A stretch of 64,000 nucleotides of DNA from Eledone cirrhosa (lineage: Eukaryota), in assembly GCA_964016885.1 (NCBI GenBank), contig OZ024752.1, positions 40,796,001-40,860,000 on the forward strand, given 5' to 3'. Below the pieces are notes generated by a model. The model had not been told where the DNA came from. It was given only the letters and a program-made list of their open reading frames with translations, and searched no databases. Below, piece by piece: positions 26,729-43,145 of the stretch (position 1 is the stretch's first letter; every line of letters begins with the position of its first letter). A program made the translations under genes and the position numbers.

Positions 26729-27182
26729 CGCCAATTCCACCACCACCACCATTACCACCACCAATGCCATTACTACTGCTAGTACCACCACCAACGCCAA
26801 TAAAAAGCCACCTCCACCACCAGTACCACCACCAATTCCATCACCACCACCAGTACCACCACCAATGCCATTACCACCAGCAGTACCACCACTGCAACAA
26901 TCACTACCGCTATTAGCATCTAATACCACTATTTTGATAATCATCATCATTATCGCCATCATCATCCCTCACCACCGCCACCATCATCATCACCATCATA
27001 ATCATCATCCTCATCCCATAATCATCGCCATCATCATCGCCACCATTTACATTACTCTATATTTACTATTATATTTTCAGAGTATAGGCTTTATCTTACA
27101 TAATTATCTCACATAATATGAAATCTATAAGATTTTGATATTGTTTATTTTGAGAACAATACTTCAACATAAGTATAAGCAG

Positions 27183-28112
27183 CCAGTTATGGCCGGTTAG
27201 AACAGAAAGGGGTGAGAGAAATCTGGCCGGATATAGCTGGTTTGAACAGAAAGGGGTGAGAGAATTCTGGCCGGATATGGCCAGTTTGAACAGAAAGAGG
27301 TGAGAGAATCCTGGTCGGATATGGGCGGTTTGATTAGAAAGAGGTGAGAGGATTCTGGCCGGATATGGGCGGTTTAAAAAGAAAGAGGTGAGAGAATTCT
27401 GGCCGGATATGGCCGGTTGAAATAGAAAGAGGTGAGAGAATTCTGGCCGGATATGGCTGGTTTGAACAGAAAGTGGTGAGAGAATTCTGGCCGGATATGG
27501 CCGGTTTGAACAGAAAGAGGTGAGAGAATTCTGGCCGGATATGGCCAGTTTGAATAGAAAGAGGTGAGAGAATTCTGGCCAAATATGGCCAGTTTGAACA
27601 GAAAGAGGTGAGATAATTCTGGCCGGATATGGCCGGTTTGAATAGAAAGAGGTGAGAGAATTCTGGCCAAATATGGCCAGTTTGAACAGAAAGAGGTGAG
27701 ATAATTCTGGCCGGATATGGCCGGTTTGAATAGAAAGAGGTGAGAGAATTCTGGCTGGATATGGTCGGTTTGAACAGAAAGAGGTGAGAGAATTCTGGCC
27801 AAATATGACCAGTTTGAACAGAAAGATGTGAGAGAATTCTGGCCAAATATGGCCAGTTTGAACAGAAAGAGGTGAGAGAATTCTGACCAAATATGGCCAG
27901 TTTGAACAGAAAGAGGTGAGAGAATTCTGGCTGGAATTGGCCAGTTTGAACAGAAAGAGGTGAGAGAATTCTGGCCGGATTTGGCCAGTTTGAACAGAAA
28001 GAGGTGAGCGAATTCTGGCTGGATTTGGCCAGTTTGAACAGAAAGAGGTGAGAGAATTCTGGCAGGATTTGGCCAGTTTGAACAGAAAGAAGTGTGAGAA
28101 TTCTGGCCGGAT
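27183..28112. repeat. 44-bp minisatellite, about 21 copies
   Basis: Unit gaaagaggtgagagaattctggccggatatggccrgtttgaaca. Confidence 0.95.
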
Positions 28113-28508
28113 AAGGGCAATATAAATACTAAAGAATTAAAACAAACGACTTATTTTCAAGAATTCATCTTTAACCGCCATTTATAATTTTAAAATCGTT
28201 ACGACTCGAATCTAAACAGGTTGAAGATCAACCTCAATACCAACTATATCGGTTTCACTAGTCTGCTAGAATATATCAAGATCATGGTGGTATACCTCGT
28301 CTCACCACTATTTTATAATGTTCTCTTTATAGAACTTCTCCACGTTTCTACTTGCTACTATGAAGATCTTTATGTCATAAATATTTTTATTGTTATAAAT
28401 TTAGCTCTTTTTCAAAGATTGCAGACAAGCATTTTTGATATTGCTGCCTATTATTTTTCTTCAATATTTTCTTATAAAGTCGTGATGATGATGATGATGA
28501 TATATACA

Positions 28509-28609
<101 letters not shown>

Positions 28610-28629
28610 CATATATATATACATATGTG

Positions 28630-28662
<33 letters not shown>

Positions 28663-28667
28663 CTCTG

Positions 28668-28724
<57 letters not shown>

Positions 28725-28803
28725 GTATATATATATATATTCTTTTGTCAAAGTATTAAAAAATTACATATTTTAATTCTCTCTATCTCTCCCTCTCTTT
28801 CTC

Positions 28804-28921
<118 letters not shown>

Positions 28922-29219
28922 CTCATTTTAAAACTGAACTATATAGATTAATAATAACACCTTCTAAAATAGGAAAGATATTAATAGATTTCCATTAGTT
29001 TTATTATAACATATTAAGTTACCGGTATAATAAAATTTGCTCAATATTTGCCAAACTCAAAAACCAATACAAACACCATCACTTCAATTATATATCTAAT
29101 ATTAGGTAAACAACAAAAGTAAAAACATCAATATTGTTTGCTTACATTTTCTCCTTTTATTATTTATTACAGTAAGGCCGACTTTACTAAGTTGGATTAA
29201 ATTTTCTTTTCCACTTACT

Positions 29220-29259
<40 letters not shown>

Positions 29260-29280
29260 TTTTCTTCGGAAATACTTAAC

Positions 29281-29312
<32 letters not shown>

Positions 29313-29386
29313 TTACATATATGTATATATATGTATATATATATGTGTATATATATATATACATGTATATATCTATATATCTATGC

Positions 29387-29550
<164 letters not shown>

Positions 29551-29658
29551 AAAATGGAAAAGAATATATATATATATATTCTTTTTCATTTTCTTTATAT
29601 ATATATATATATGGGTATGTATATATATATGTATATATATATATACATATATATATGC

Positions 29659-29761
<103 letters not shown>

Positions 29762-29791
29762 TATATATATATATATATATATATATGCATC

Positions 29792-29898
<107 letters not shown>

Positions 29899-30539
29899 GT
29901 ATTATTTCTTTACTTTTCCTAAGGGAGACAGTATGTCTATCCAAATAGAAAAATATAACGTTTCATTCAAGACATGCCCCGATGTAATCAAGTTTCCAAT
30001 TATCTATCGGATAATCAGCCCCTGTCCACAAACTACCGCACCAGTGTTTGGATCTATTATTACACAAGAGCCGAGGTTCATTCGCAGAAGTCAATAAGGA
30101 CGCATGAATCGTTTCGTTTCAGCGTTCGGCGGAGTCGTTTTTGTAGACTCGAAGGAAATGCAAGACATACGCCTGTGTTCACATTCACAGACGTTGTCGG
30201 ACATGAATTTAGATACTGATGGAAGCAAAACACAACCAATGTAATGTCAATATTTACTCTAAACTGCAAGCATTTATCCCAGTTAGTTTACAAGAGGGCG
30301 TTTGATCTAACTAATCAAAATCCTGTCCCTTAATTGGCATTTTATCGAAGAAACTTTGAAAACATAGATTGGTCACGCTTAAACGAAATAGAATAATCTC
30401 AAAGGAAATTAAACGGGTTTCTACATTTGATAACTTTTTGACTCCATTAAATTCATTATTGGTTTAAAAACGAAAAAAAAAACAAACTTTCTTGTGTGTG
30501 ATTGTGTGTGTGTGTGTGTGTGTGTTTTAGAGAGGATCT

Positions 30540-30720
30540 TCACCATCATCATCACCATCATCATCATCACCATCATCACGACCATCACCATCGTCATCAC
30601 CATCAACATCATCCTCATCACCATCATCATCATCATCACCATCAACATCATCATCATCATCACCATCATCATCATCAGCATCAGCATCATCATCATCACC
30701 ATCAACATCATCACCATCAC

Positions 30721-30758
<38 letters not shown>

Positions 30759-30980
30759 CCATCAACATCATCATCACCATCAACATCATCATCATCACCA
30801 TCATCAATATCATCATCACCATCACCATCAACATCATCACCATCACCATCATCACCATCACCATCATCATCATCACCATCAACATCATCATCATCACCAT
30901 CATCATCATCACCATCATCATCATCACCATCATCAATATCATCATCACCATCAACATCATCACCATCACCATCATCATCG

Positions 30981-31043
<63 letters not shown>

Positions 31044-31552
31044 CCATCAACATCATCATCATCACCATCACCATCATCATCATCACCATCAACATCATCA
31101 CCATCACCATCATCATCACCATCAACATCATCATCACCATCGCCATCATCACGACCATCATCACCATCACCATCATCATCATAATCACCATAATCACCAT
31201 CATCAACATCATCATCATCACCATCTTCATCATCATCACCATCAACATCATCATCATCATTACCATCAACATCATCACCATCAACATCATCATCACCATC
31301 ATCATCATCACCATCAACATCATCATCACCATCATCATCATCACCATCAACATCATCATCACCATCATCATCATCATCATCATCATTAATTTCAAATCTT
31401 CTTATTAATAATTACAATGCTTCTATCCAAGGACAATATTGAAAAAAAATAAATAAATAAACCTCATGTGGTCATCCCACGAGAGTATCTTTGTCGACCT
31501 CTGAACTTGGCAACTCTTCAGTTGACCTTCGTAGAAACAATACAATTTCTTA

Positions 31553-31615
<63 letters not shown>

Positions 31616-31948
31616 CGTCGCTGTTGTTGTTGTTGATGCTGCTGTTGTTGTTGTTGTTGCTGTTGTTGTTGTTGCTGTTGTTGTTGTTGGTGTTGTTGTT
31701 GTTACTGTTGTTGTTGCTGTTGTTGTTGTTATTACTGTTGTTGTCGTCGCTGTTGCTGTTGCTGTTGTTGTCGTCGCTGTTGTTGTTGTCGCTGTTGTTG
31801 TTGTCGTTGTTGTTGGTGTTGTTGTTGTGGTTGTTGTTGTTGTTGTCGTCGCTGTTGTTGTTGTTGTTGATGCTGCTTGTTGCTGTTGTTGTCGTTGCTG
31901 TTGCTGTTGTTGTTGTTGCTGTTGTTGTTGTTGTTGTTATTGTTGTTT
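30540..31948. repeat. Degenerate (CAT/CAC)n tract 30540-31386 and (GTT/GCT)n tract 31552-31948
   Basis: Direct reading. Confidence 0.95.
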
Positions 31949-32182
31949 AGCAGTTGTAAAATTACTGATCATCTTAATGCTTTCGGAGAGTTAGGATTAT
32001 ATGATTAGATAATGTTTCGAGATATTGGGTGCATATTGACGACACTATCGATTTTCCAAAGCTATCGATATGTTCGTTGCCATGAGAACTGCACTACTTG
32101 GTCTCATTCCATACATCTCTGTTTCTTTTTCTTTTGCTAAATTTCTGGAGTCTTCTATGCGCAAAATTTATTTATTTATTAC

Positions 32183-32223
<41 letters not shown>

Positions 32224-32524
32224 TGGAAAATTTAAAATTAAAGATTTTCAACAAACTATAATTTTCTTTGTGTCTGATCTTTCACCTTCAATATTTAATA
32301 TTGCCAATAATTTAATTGAAAAAAAAAGAAAGAAAAAAAACGAAATAAACAACAAAAAACAAACAAACAGAAAGAATAAAAATAAAATATAAAAACAGTT
32401 AAAATAAATTGCATAAAAATATAGAAGTTGATGAACAAGGAGAGAAAATCTGTAGAAACGTCAAATAGAAAGTCAGTGATGTTACTTTGTAGAGTTTGTA
32501 TATCGTAATATGTATATAGATACA

Positions 32525-32667
<143 letters not shown>

Positions 32668-33225
32668 TTAATACAATAACAGAGAAAGCTTTAAGCCAAA
32701 CTCCGACTGGTAACCATCTCACTCAACAAACATTAGGTTATACGTTAGTATAATCCAAATTTAGTGTTTGGGGTGCTAACTATATGTATTTTGTGGAAAG
32801 CCAGTTGTATTATTTTATATGAGATATAATTAAAGTTAAAATATATCTCTCTTTCCAAACAATTGTTTCATTATAAGTTTTCTACAAGTTGGGAGAAAGT
32901 TTCCAGTTTATGTAGAAGCCTAACATATTTTCCTGTGAGAATATATGTAGGTGGGCACTTATAAATCGTCAGTGGATGCCCATTAAACTTTGATATAAGA
33001 AAAAAATTCCTTACCGCAGTTAATTTTCGTGTCCGCTTAAGTTGTCCCTTTACGCATCGAATGACCGCCAAATTTGAAATTCCAGCAGTCTTTAGACTGA
33101 GGAAGTATCATAGCGTCACGAAGCGGAAAAGAGAGATAATCACGAGTCACGAGAAAAGTAAAATAATATACACGTGGGTTAATTAGTTTTTTCAAAAACA
33201 TTATCAATCCTGCGTGTTAAGAACT

Positions 33226-33266
<41 letters not shown>

Positions 33267-33327
33267 ATAATTAAATAGCTCTGTAGCATACATAGAACAT
33301 TTTCCTTTCCCCTTCCAACAGAAATAC

Positions 33328-33380
<53 letters not shown>

Positions 33381-33382
<2 letters not shown>

Positions 33383-33572
33383 CAAATGAATTGTGGTAAG
33401 GAACCAGATGGACCATAACGCACCAGAGTACTCATTACTTAGGGTAGTAGAGTAGGAAATAGGAAAATAAATGACCCAGACGGCAGAGCTCAAGCCGTTT
33501 CGACGGCTATTTCTGGACTCCAGAAACAGCCGTCGAAACGGCTTGAGCTCTGCCGTTTGGGTCATACTTTTT

Positions 33573-33576
<4 letters not shown>
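33381..33576 (-). mobile_element. Diverged family G fold-back element
   Basis: Tail on the left, inverted repeat on the right, apex ctggactccag; (TA)n on both sides. Confidence 0.75.
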
Positions 33577-33660
<84 letters not shown>

Positions 33661-34013
33661 TGAAAGTCTTTGCCTTACTACGAATTATATGATGGTATCA
33701 AAACAAGCTGAGCTAAAGTTAAGTAGTTGAACGATGAAGCTATGGAAATTATGAAAGCAGTGAAGCTATTTCGGAAAATATTCAAAAAGCAGAGATAAAA
33801 CTCATTGTTTACGAATTGATCCAAATTGCAGGAATATCTAAAAAAACAGACAAAAAACAAAATGGAAGATTAATTTTATTTAAAATCTACAATTTGGGTA
33901 GGCTTTAATAATCGGATTAAAGTGACATTACTGTGTGCTGCAGTTTATAATAATCGCAGCATCAAGGGTAAATAGAGGGTTTAAAATATCTCAACTGAAT
34001 TGCTTTCTTCCTT

Positions 34014-35330
34014 TGATGATGATGATGATGTTGGTGATGGTGGTGGTGATGATGGTGGTGGTGGTGATGATGGTGATGATGAGGGTGATGGTGATGGTGA
34101 TGGTGGTGGTTGTGATGATGGTGATGGGTGGTGATGATGGTGATGGTGGTGATGATGGTGATGGTGGGGGTGATGGTGGTGATCTTGGTGATGGTGGTGA
34201 TGGTGGGGGTGTTGATGGTGATGGTGGTGGTGATGATGGTGATGGTGGTGATGATGGTGATGATGGTGGGGGTGATGATGGTGGTGATGATGGTGATGGT
34301 GAGGGTGATGGTGGTGATCTTGGTGATGGTGGTGATGGTGGGGGTGTTGATGGTGATGGTGGTGGTGATGATGGTGATGATGGTGATGGTGGTGATAGTG
34401 GGGGTGAGGGTGGAGATGATGGTGATGGGTGGTGATGATGGTGATGGTGGGGGTGATGTTGGTGATGGTGGGGGTGTTGATGGTGATGATGGTGATGGTG
34501 GGGGTGATGGTGGTGATGGTGGTGATGATGGTGGTGGGGGTGATGATGGTGATGGTGGTGGTGATGATGGTGATGGTGGTGATGATGGTGATGGTGGGGG
34601 TGATGATGGTGATGGTGGTGGTGGTGGTGGTGATGGTGGTGGTGGTGGTGCTGATGGTGATGGTGGGGGTGATGGTGGTGATCTTGGTGATGATGATGAT
34701 GGTGGTGGTGATGATGGTGATGGTGGTGGTGATGGTGATGGTGGGGGTGATGGTGGTGATCTTGGTGATGGTGGTGATGGTGGGGGTGTTGATGGTGATG
34801 GTGGTGGTGATGATGGTGATGGTGGTGATGATGGTGATGGTGGGGGTGATGATGGTGATGGTGGTGATGATGGTGGTGGGGGTGATGATGGTGATGGTGG
34901 TGGTGATGATGGTGATGGTGGTGATGATGGTGATGGTGGGGGTGATGATGGTGATGGTGGTGGTGGTGGTGGTGGTGGTGGTGGTGGTGGTGCTGATGGT
35001 GATGGTGGGGGTGATGGTGGTGATCTTGGTGATGGTGATGATGGTGGTGGTGATGATGGTGATGGTGGTGGTGATGGTGATGGTGGGGGTGATGGTGGTG
35101 ATCTTGGTGATGGCGGTGATGATGGTGATGGTGGGGGTGATGGTGGTGATCTTGGTGATGGTGGTGATGGTGGGGGTGTTGATGGTAATACAGATGATGA
35201 TGATGATGATGATGGTGATGATAATGATGATGATGATGGTTGTGGTGTCGTGATGGTAGTGATCCTGCTGATGGCAATACTGATGATGATGATGGTGGTG
35301 GTGATGGTGATGGTGGGGATGATGGGTGAT
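34014..35330. repeat. Degenerate (GAT/GGT)n tract with higher-order duplications
   Basis: Recurrent gatcttggt and gttgat marker triplets. Confidence 0.95.
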
Positions 35331-35378
35331 CTATCTATCTGTCTGTCTCTCTATCTCTGCCTCTCTCTCTCTATCTCT

Positions 35379-35442
<64 letters not shown>

Positions 35443-35447
35443 CCATA

Positions 35448-35482
<35 letters not shown>

Positions 35483-35540
35483 ATCTATCTATCTATTTAG
35501 CTCTGTCGCTTTCTCTATCTCTTCCGATGCATATATATAC

Positions 35541-35666
<126 letters not shown>

Positions 35667-35697
35667 TGATATATATAAATATATATATATATTTTAT

Positions 35698-35905
<208 letters not shown>

Positions 35906-35917
35906 TGATATAAATAA

Positions 35918-35986
<69 letters not shown>

Positions 35987-36423
35987 TGTCGCCCGGGGCA
36001 ATAGAGCCTGGCGGTTCTCACCAGTCTCTACGATCTGTCTACAACATATTTTTATCTCAACGCTACAAACTAACGAATCCCCTATTAATTTTACAATGCT
36101 GCCATTGATTTTCTGCAGCAAAATTTTATTCTATATTGCGTATTTTCAATTAGGTTTACTGAGCCTTTTTTAAAGAGATCAGTGCCTTGGTTACGAACAA
36201 ATTGCAATATCGTTGGTGAAATATGAAGAGTTTAACAAATCTCGGTTTAAATATATATATTTTTAGTATTAACAGAAATTGACATTAGAGTTTTGTTTAT
36301 TTTCTTGACATATGGAACGTTGGTAGATGATGAGTCATGTGCAAGCGTGACCTCTCCTACTTCAGATAGCGCATACAATACTAAAAATCAAAACCATATA
36401 ATTTAAGAAGCGTACATAGACTT

Positions 36424-36750
36424 ATGAGTAGCAAGCGGCTCAGCGACCGTATCTGTAACAGTGAGCTGCTCAATATTACCAAACTTAGACCAATCAAATC
36501 AGTTTTCAGGTCAAGAGTGCTTAAACTGTATGGTCATATCAAAAGATCAACTCCTGGTGTGATTAGGTTATGCCTGGAAGGAAAGTTGGCTGGTAAGAGA
36601 AGCAGAGGCCGGCTGCCAAGACGATGGCTTGACAATGTCAACTTATGGACTGGACTTGAGTTAACCTTTGCTTTTTAAACCCTGCTGTTGGTGATCGAAC
36701 TTTGTGGAGAAAAATATCTCATGTTAATGCGCAGTCTGCAACTGGCGTAG
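36424..36750 (+). mobile_element. 3' end of an RTE-like LINE
   Basis: DRICNSELL..RVLKLYGHIKR..LEGKLAGKRSRGRLPRRWLDNV..DRTLWR. Confidence 0.8.
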
Positions 36751-37342
36751 TTTAACGTCTGGATATATACATACACGACGTATTTAACTTCCTTCTAGCT
36801 ACCTTACATAAAAATTAAATATCTAGCTCAAAGTTTAATTGGTTATTTGCATTCATTTATATATCTTCGCCATGTATTGAGTGCCTTACATTCATAAAGG
36901 AATTGTGACACCATTGGTTCAGTGGTCTTGACTATAGTACCAACTAGTAGTCAGTCACTATCATAGATCTTATCGATCTAGTAAGTATAAATAAGAAAAC
37001 ACTAATAACACCAATATTAAAGATAGGATCTAAAAACTGTTATAAACTTAGCCTAGAACGATAATTGGTTGGTATTTAACAATTTTGCAAGAATAATGTT
37101 TAACTTTGTATAAACTATATGTACTTTATACACTTGCTCATTCACACGCATATATTTACACATATACATATCCACACAGACAGACAGATGCACAAACACA
37201 CACACGAAACATACATATACAGCGTATAAACACATACACATACACTTACATATGACATTGACAAATTTGATCTGTGTTTATGAAACAGACTGAAGAAAGC
37301 TGTGTCAGAGAGGTCGAGTAATACTGAAAGTATTTAGGGTCC

Positions 37343-37594
<252 letters not shown>

Positions 37595-37630
37595 TATGTT
37601 ATGTGTGTCTGTATATATAAATATATGGTG

Positions 37631-37668
<38 letters not shown>

Positions 37669-38280
37669 GCATTCCTATATATATATTTAGGTTTGTGTGT
37701 GTGTGTGTTTGTGTGTGTGTGTGCATTTATATATATATATATATGAATATATATATATATATTATATACATACATATATATACATATATAAATATATATA
37801 AATATATATATATATATCTAATATACATACATATATATACATATATAAATATATATATATATACATATATATACATATATATATATATACATATATATAT
37901 ATACATATATATACATATATATATATACATATAAATACATATATACATATATATATATATACATATATATACATATATATACATATATACATATATATAT
38001 ATACATATATATACATATATATATATATATAAATACACACACACACACACATATATATATACACACACACATATATATATATACCCAAACACATAGGTAT
38101 CAATCAAGGCATATGTGTGAAGGTACCTAAATTTAAGAAGGTCTGTTAGTAAAGTAAATATATATATTTCATCTGCTGCAGAATATATCGAAGTATTAAG
38201 AAAGTGAAGGTTAAGATATCGATCAATCACCTTTTAATCTGGACTAATCTGCCACCCAGCCTTCGAAATCAATTGATACA

Positions 38281-38306
38281 GAGAGAGAGAGATTGAAGAA
38301 AAGGCC

Positions 38307-38365
<59 letters not shown>

Positions 38366-38420
38366 AAGAAAAGGCCAGAAGAGAGAGAGAGAGAGAGAGA
38401 GAGAGATTGAAAAAAAGGCC

Positions 38421-38455
<35 letters not shown>

Positions 38456-38466
38456 AAGAAAAGGCC

Positions 38467-38509
<43 letters not shown>

Positions 38510-38520
38510 AAGAAAAGGCC

Positions 38521-38561
<41 letters not shown>

Positions 38562-38616
38562 AAGAAAAGGCCAGAAGAGAGAGAGAGAGAGAGAGAGAGA
38601 TTGAAGAAAAGGCCAG

Positions 38617-38657
<41 letters not shown>

Positions 38658-38737
38658 AAGAAAAGGCCAGAAGAGAGAGAGAGAGAGAGAGAGAGAGATT
38701 GAAGAAAAGACCAGAAGAGAGAGAGAGAGAGAGAGAG
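38281..38737. repeat. Array of 9 x [ttgaagaaaaggccagaa + (GA)n]
   Basis: Direct reading; the same cassette occurs three times at about 18077-18265. Confidence 0.9.
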
Positions 38738-39063
38738 TATCATCGACTTTAATAAGCGGGGGGGGGGGGGGAGGGGCAGGGATCAGTTAGATGACCCCCC
38801 CTTTCAGATCTGGATCAGTATGATTGATAATTACTTGAGATAAGTATCTTATCCAATGCATCATTTGATAACATGTCATAAGGTGTTTATCTTATCTGGT
38901 GAAGGAAAGATAAACAGATGTCACTTGAACCGTCTGGTAAGTTCGATATTCGGAATGTCAGCGTCAGCCGCCGCCGCCGCCGCCGCCGCTAAAGCCGTCG
39001 CCGCCGCCAACGCTGGCAACGCCGCCGCTGGAATCTTTATTGGCCAGTTGGTGGCCAGCTTCG

Positions 39064-39098
<35 letters not shown>

Positions 39099-39475
39099 GC
39101 CGTCATCATCGTCATCATCGCCGTCATCATCGTCATCGTCATTATCATCATCATCATCATCGCCGTCATCATCATCATCGTCATTATCATCATCACCATC
39201 ATCATCACTATCATCATCATGATCATCGTCATCATCATCATCATCATCATTAACATCACTGTCATCATCATCATCATCATCATTAACATCACTGTCATCA
39301 TTATCATCAACATCAGAATGGCGATGATGATCATTATCATCGTCGCCATCATCACCCCCCCCCCCCCCACATCACCATCTTCATCATCACCAATCACCAT
39401 CATCACCATCATCATCACCACCACCATCATCATCATCATCATCATCATCATCACCACCACCATTATAATCATCAC

Positions 39476-39525
<50 letters not shown>

Positions 39526-39884
39526 CCATTATCATCATCATCATCATCACCACCATTATCATTATTATCATCATCATCATCATCACCATTATCATCATCC
39601 TCCTTCTCATCGTTATCACCACCACTAGCATCATCACCATCATCACCAGTACTATCATCACCATCATCACCATCATCATCGCCATTGTCATCACCATCCT
39701 CTCTGTTGTCATCGTCCTGATGATTATCCTGCTGACAATAACTTCAGTATCTCAGAGGAGATAATACTTAGTCATATCAAAGTTATAAATAAATCAAATT
39801 TTCAGTGTGAGTTCTCCTGTGTGTGTGTATGACGTAAGGTTCCTATATATGTGTATGTATGTGTGGATATATGAAGAAATAGAA

Positions 39885-39953
<69 letters not shown>

Positions 39954-40031
39954 CAGCTAGGAGTTCCCCTGTGTGTGATGTAGCTTCGTATATATGTGGA
40001 TGTATGTGTGGATATATGGAGAGAAATAGAG

Positions 40032-40075
<44 letters not shown>

Positions 40076-40204
40076 GTGACGTTCTTTTTTACAAAATGAA
40101 AAGTAACCGAGGTGTCCTACATGAGTGAAAGTATAAAGAAAAAAAGATGAAATCGAAAATGCAACTGAAGTCTTATATTTAAAAAAATATATATATTTAT
40201 TTGG

Positions 40205-40284
<80 letters not shown>

Positions 40285-40382
40285 ACAGAGTGAGAGAGAG
40301 AAATAAAAAAAATATATATATACACACATATATATATATATATTTATATATATACATACATAAGCCGAGAATCATTCGGTTT

Positions 40383-40668
40383 CCTAAATAGAATTTTAGT
40401 CTACGACCCCAGTTATAACATTTACGTGGTTTTGTCTTGGCGTGAAATTGTTCTCATTGCTCCACACCATGACGCATTATCTTCGTTTGTTTCCGTTCAT
40501 TGCCAGAGAACGTCTCCATGAACCACCTAATAGAATATTAGTCTACGACTTCATTTATACCATAAACGTGGTTTTGTCTTTGCGTGTAATTGTTTTCACC
40601 GCTCCAAATAATGACGTATTATCTTCGTTTGTTTTTCGTTCTTTGTCAGGGAACGTTTCCACGAACCA
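40383..40668. repeat. Diverged tandem duplication, 2 x about 143 bp
   Basis: cctaa.tagaat..tagtctacgac...tgacg.attatcttcgtttg...gaacgt.tcca.gaacca occurs twice. Confidence 0.85.
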
Positions 40669-40729
40669 AAGTATCGTCTTCCTGTCTTCCTTCGGCTGCA
40701 AAGTTTTTTGAAATATTCTCTTAGGTGGT

Positions 40730-40876
40730 GCCCCGTTAAGGGTGAAATCAGCGATTCTTTGCTTAAACTTTAATCTGTTATTTTAATAAATATTTGCTCT
40801 ACGGTTCTTATATATCTGATATATATTCATCCTTATCGAGCTCTCTTTGGATTTTTGTCTTCAAATTTATTATTAT

Positions 40877-40880
<4 letters not shown>
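40730..40880 (+). mobile_element. pLTR fragment beginning at a putative HHR stem II
   Basis: gcccc gttaa gggt-GAAA-TCagcGA-TT..., ending in (TA)n; same family as 12902. Confidence 0.6.
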
Positions 40881-40923
<43 letters not shown>

Positions 40924-41468
40924 TAGAGAAAGAGAGGAAAGACAAACCGACAGAGGGGGGTAAATGTGTGCATATGTAGAAATAGAGGAATAGAAAGAGG
41001 GAAAGAGAGACAGAGAGATAGACAGACAGACAGGCAGACATCACAATATCACAATATTTTTACCAACAATATTTTTATATTTGAGATGAACCACGGCTCA
41101 ACGTAATCTTTAAGCTGTTATTTGATTTGTTAGCAATACCAGTCAAATCTACCCGTAACCATACCTTACTGAGTCCTAAAGATGTGTTTGAAAATATAGT
41201 GCTAGACTACATCTGGTAGTCAATGATAAAATATCTAGGCTCAAATATCAGTTTGATCACGCTTGAGCTAGTGTTAAACTACAATTGTAACTGAATCACC
41301 AATATACAGACTTAACTCGTAAACTTCCGCTTCTACCAAAGATATATTCGACATGATGAAGCTGTTTGAAAATGAAATTCTTACAAAATATGTACATATA
41401 TATTTGTATTAGCTAATCTCTCCCCCCCCTCCTCTCTCTCTCTGTATATATATATATATGTGTGTGTA

Positions 41469-41508
<40 letters not shown>

Positions 41509-41513
<5 letters not shown>

Positions 41514-41634
41514 ATTTCTAAAGAATGAAACAGTTCTAGTCCTGTAGAATCTCATCTATATTAAAACGTTTATACTCTGCTATGTATTGAGTACCTTACT
41601 TACTGTGGTTACCTCCGATTCAACCCGGAATAAC

Positions 41635-41636
<2 letters not shown>
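41509..41636 (+). mobile_element. pLTR fragment starting inside the HHR core
   Basis: (TA)n-TGATGA-TTTC[taaa]GAAT-GAAA-CAGT-TC-tagtcc...tactc..ttgagtac..(TA)n. Confidence 0.65.
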
Positions 41637-41708
<72 letters not shown>

Positions 41709-41725
41709 GTAAATATATATATGAG

Positions 41726-41775
<50 letters not shown>

Positions 41776-41797
41776 GTGTGTGTGTGTGTATATATAT

Positions 41798-41833
<36 letters not shown>

Positions 41834-42614
41834 TAATATATATAAATATATATATTTATATATATGTGTGTGTATGTATATGTTAATGTATATATATATA
41901 TCACTATTTTCATTATTCAACCGTTTTGAGATCAATTTTCGAGTTGACTGGTTTTATTTTCATAAGATTTTAGTAATTGACAATTAATCATCCAAGGGAG
42001 GTAATTATAGCTGGATCTTTTCTCTGAAAAAGCCATCAATTTTCTTGCCGAATCTTCTTTCTTCTTGACTAGTCTTGCAGAAGAAAACAAAAGGAAATTG
42101 ATAGATTCCACTCGTTCCATCCTGTTTTCTTTTTCAATTTATAAATTTTGTCTATATAGTAAATCAAGATATTCTAGAAAGAGACTGGACATTTTCAATA
42201 TCTTTACATGTTTATTCGGAAGGGGTTTGGCTTAGTCAGTCTTCCATAAATATAAAACCATTTAGAGTAAAAACAAATAAATAATTACATTATATATTGC
42301 ACGACGTTTGAAAGTATACACTAGCAATTGCGTTAAGGATGTTATATGCAGCGTTTATGCTACGTTGTTGATGATGATGATGGTGGTGGTGATGATGGTG
42401 GTGGTGGTGGTGGTGGTGGTGGTGGTAATGAAGATGATAGCACAGGAGGTGTGGGATATTGATAGGCATTATAGTGATCATGTGATTACTAGTGTTATCA
42501 TGATGGTGATGGTGATGATGATGATGATGTATTAGGGTCTGAAGCAGGAACCTTATGTATGTGCATATATAGTCATATTACATCCGTATACATTATTTAC
42601 TTATAAATACACAT

Positions 42615-42650
<36 letters not shown>

Positions 42651-42761
42651 ACATACACACATATATACATATATACATATATACACACACTCTCTTTCTC
42701 ATTTACACTCACAAATACATACATTACATATATATTTATATATATATATATGTATGTGTAT

Positions 42762-42796
<35 letters not shown>

Positions 42797-42797
<1 letters not shown>

Positions 42798-43106
42798 GAT
42801 ATTAAATAAATGGAAACTATATTTAAAACCATATTTATTTCATTATATATATTTCAGGGATATCATATTAAAAATATGGTATGCCTTCATCAGACAAAAT
42901 ACAATATAAACAGTTTTATAAATAGATAGATTTGACATACCTTACAACTTCAACTTCCATTTAAAAAGTTGATTTGGTTTTAAATATGGTTTTAAATATA
43001 GTTTCCATTTATTTAATATCGTAAATATACTCCAAATACTTGTTGAGTGCTTTTATATCAGTTATAAATATTTACTCGTTGTAACCCAACAATTTAAATA
43101 AAACTT

Positions 43107-43110
<4 letters not shown>
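42797..43110. mobile_element. Fold-back pLTR element (arms about 42797-42837 / 42981-43023, tail to 43110)
   Basis: Inverted repeat plus tail in (TA)n, with a complete HHR in the inverted part. Confidence 0.8.
42836..42901 (-). ncRNA. Complete minimal HHR
   Basis: Reverse complement: TATTTTGT-CTGATGA-AGGcATACCATAT[tttta]ATATGATATcCCT-GAAA-TATATA-TA-ATGAAATA. Confidence 0.85.

Positions 43111-43144
<34 letters not shown>

Positions 43145-43145
<1 letters not shown>

Noticed and set aside
28240-28284. Minus-strand CTAG[caga]CTAG-t-GAAA-CCGA-TA motif
   Set aside because: No convincing CUGANGA or stem I.
41940-42270. Possible decayed LINE linker (GFFREKIQ) on the minus strand
   Set aside because: Single short motif with several stops; cannot be supported.
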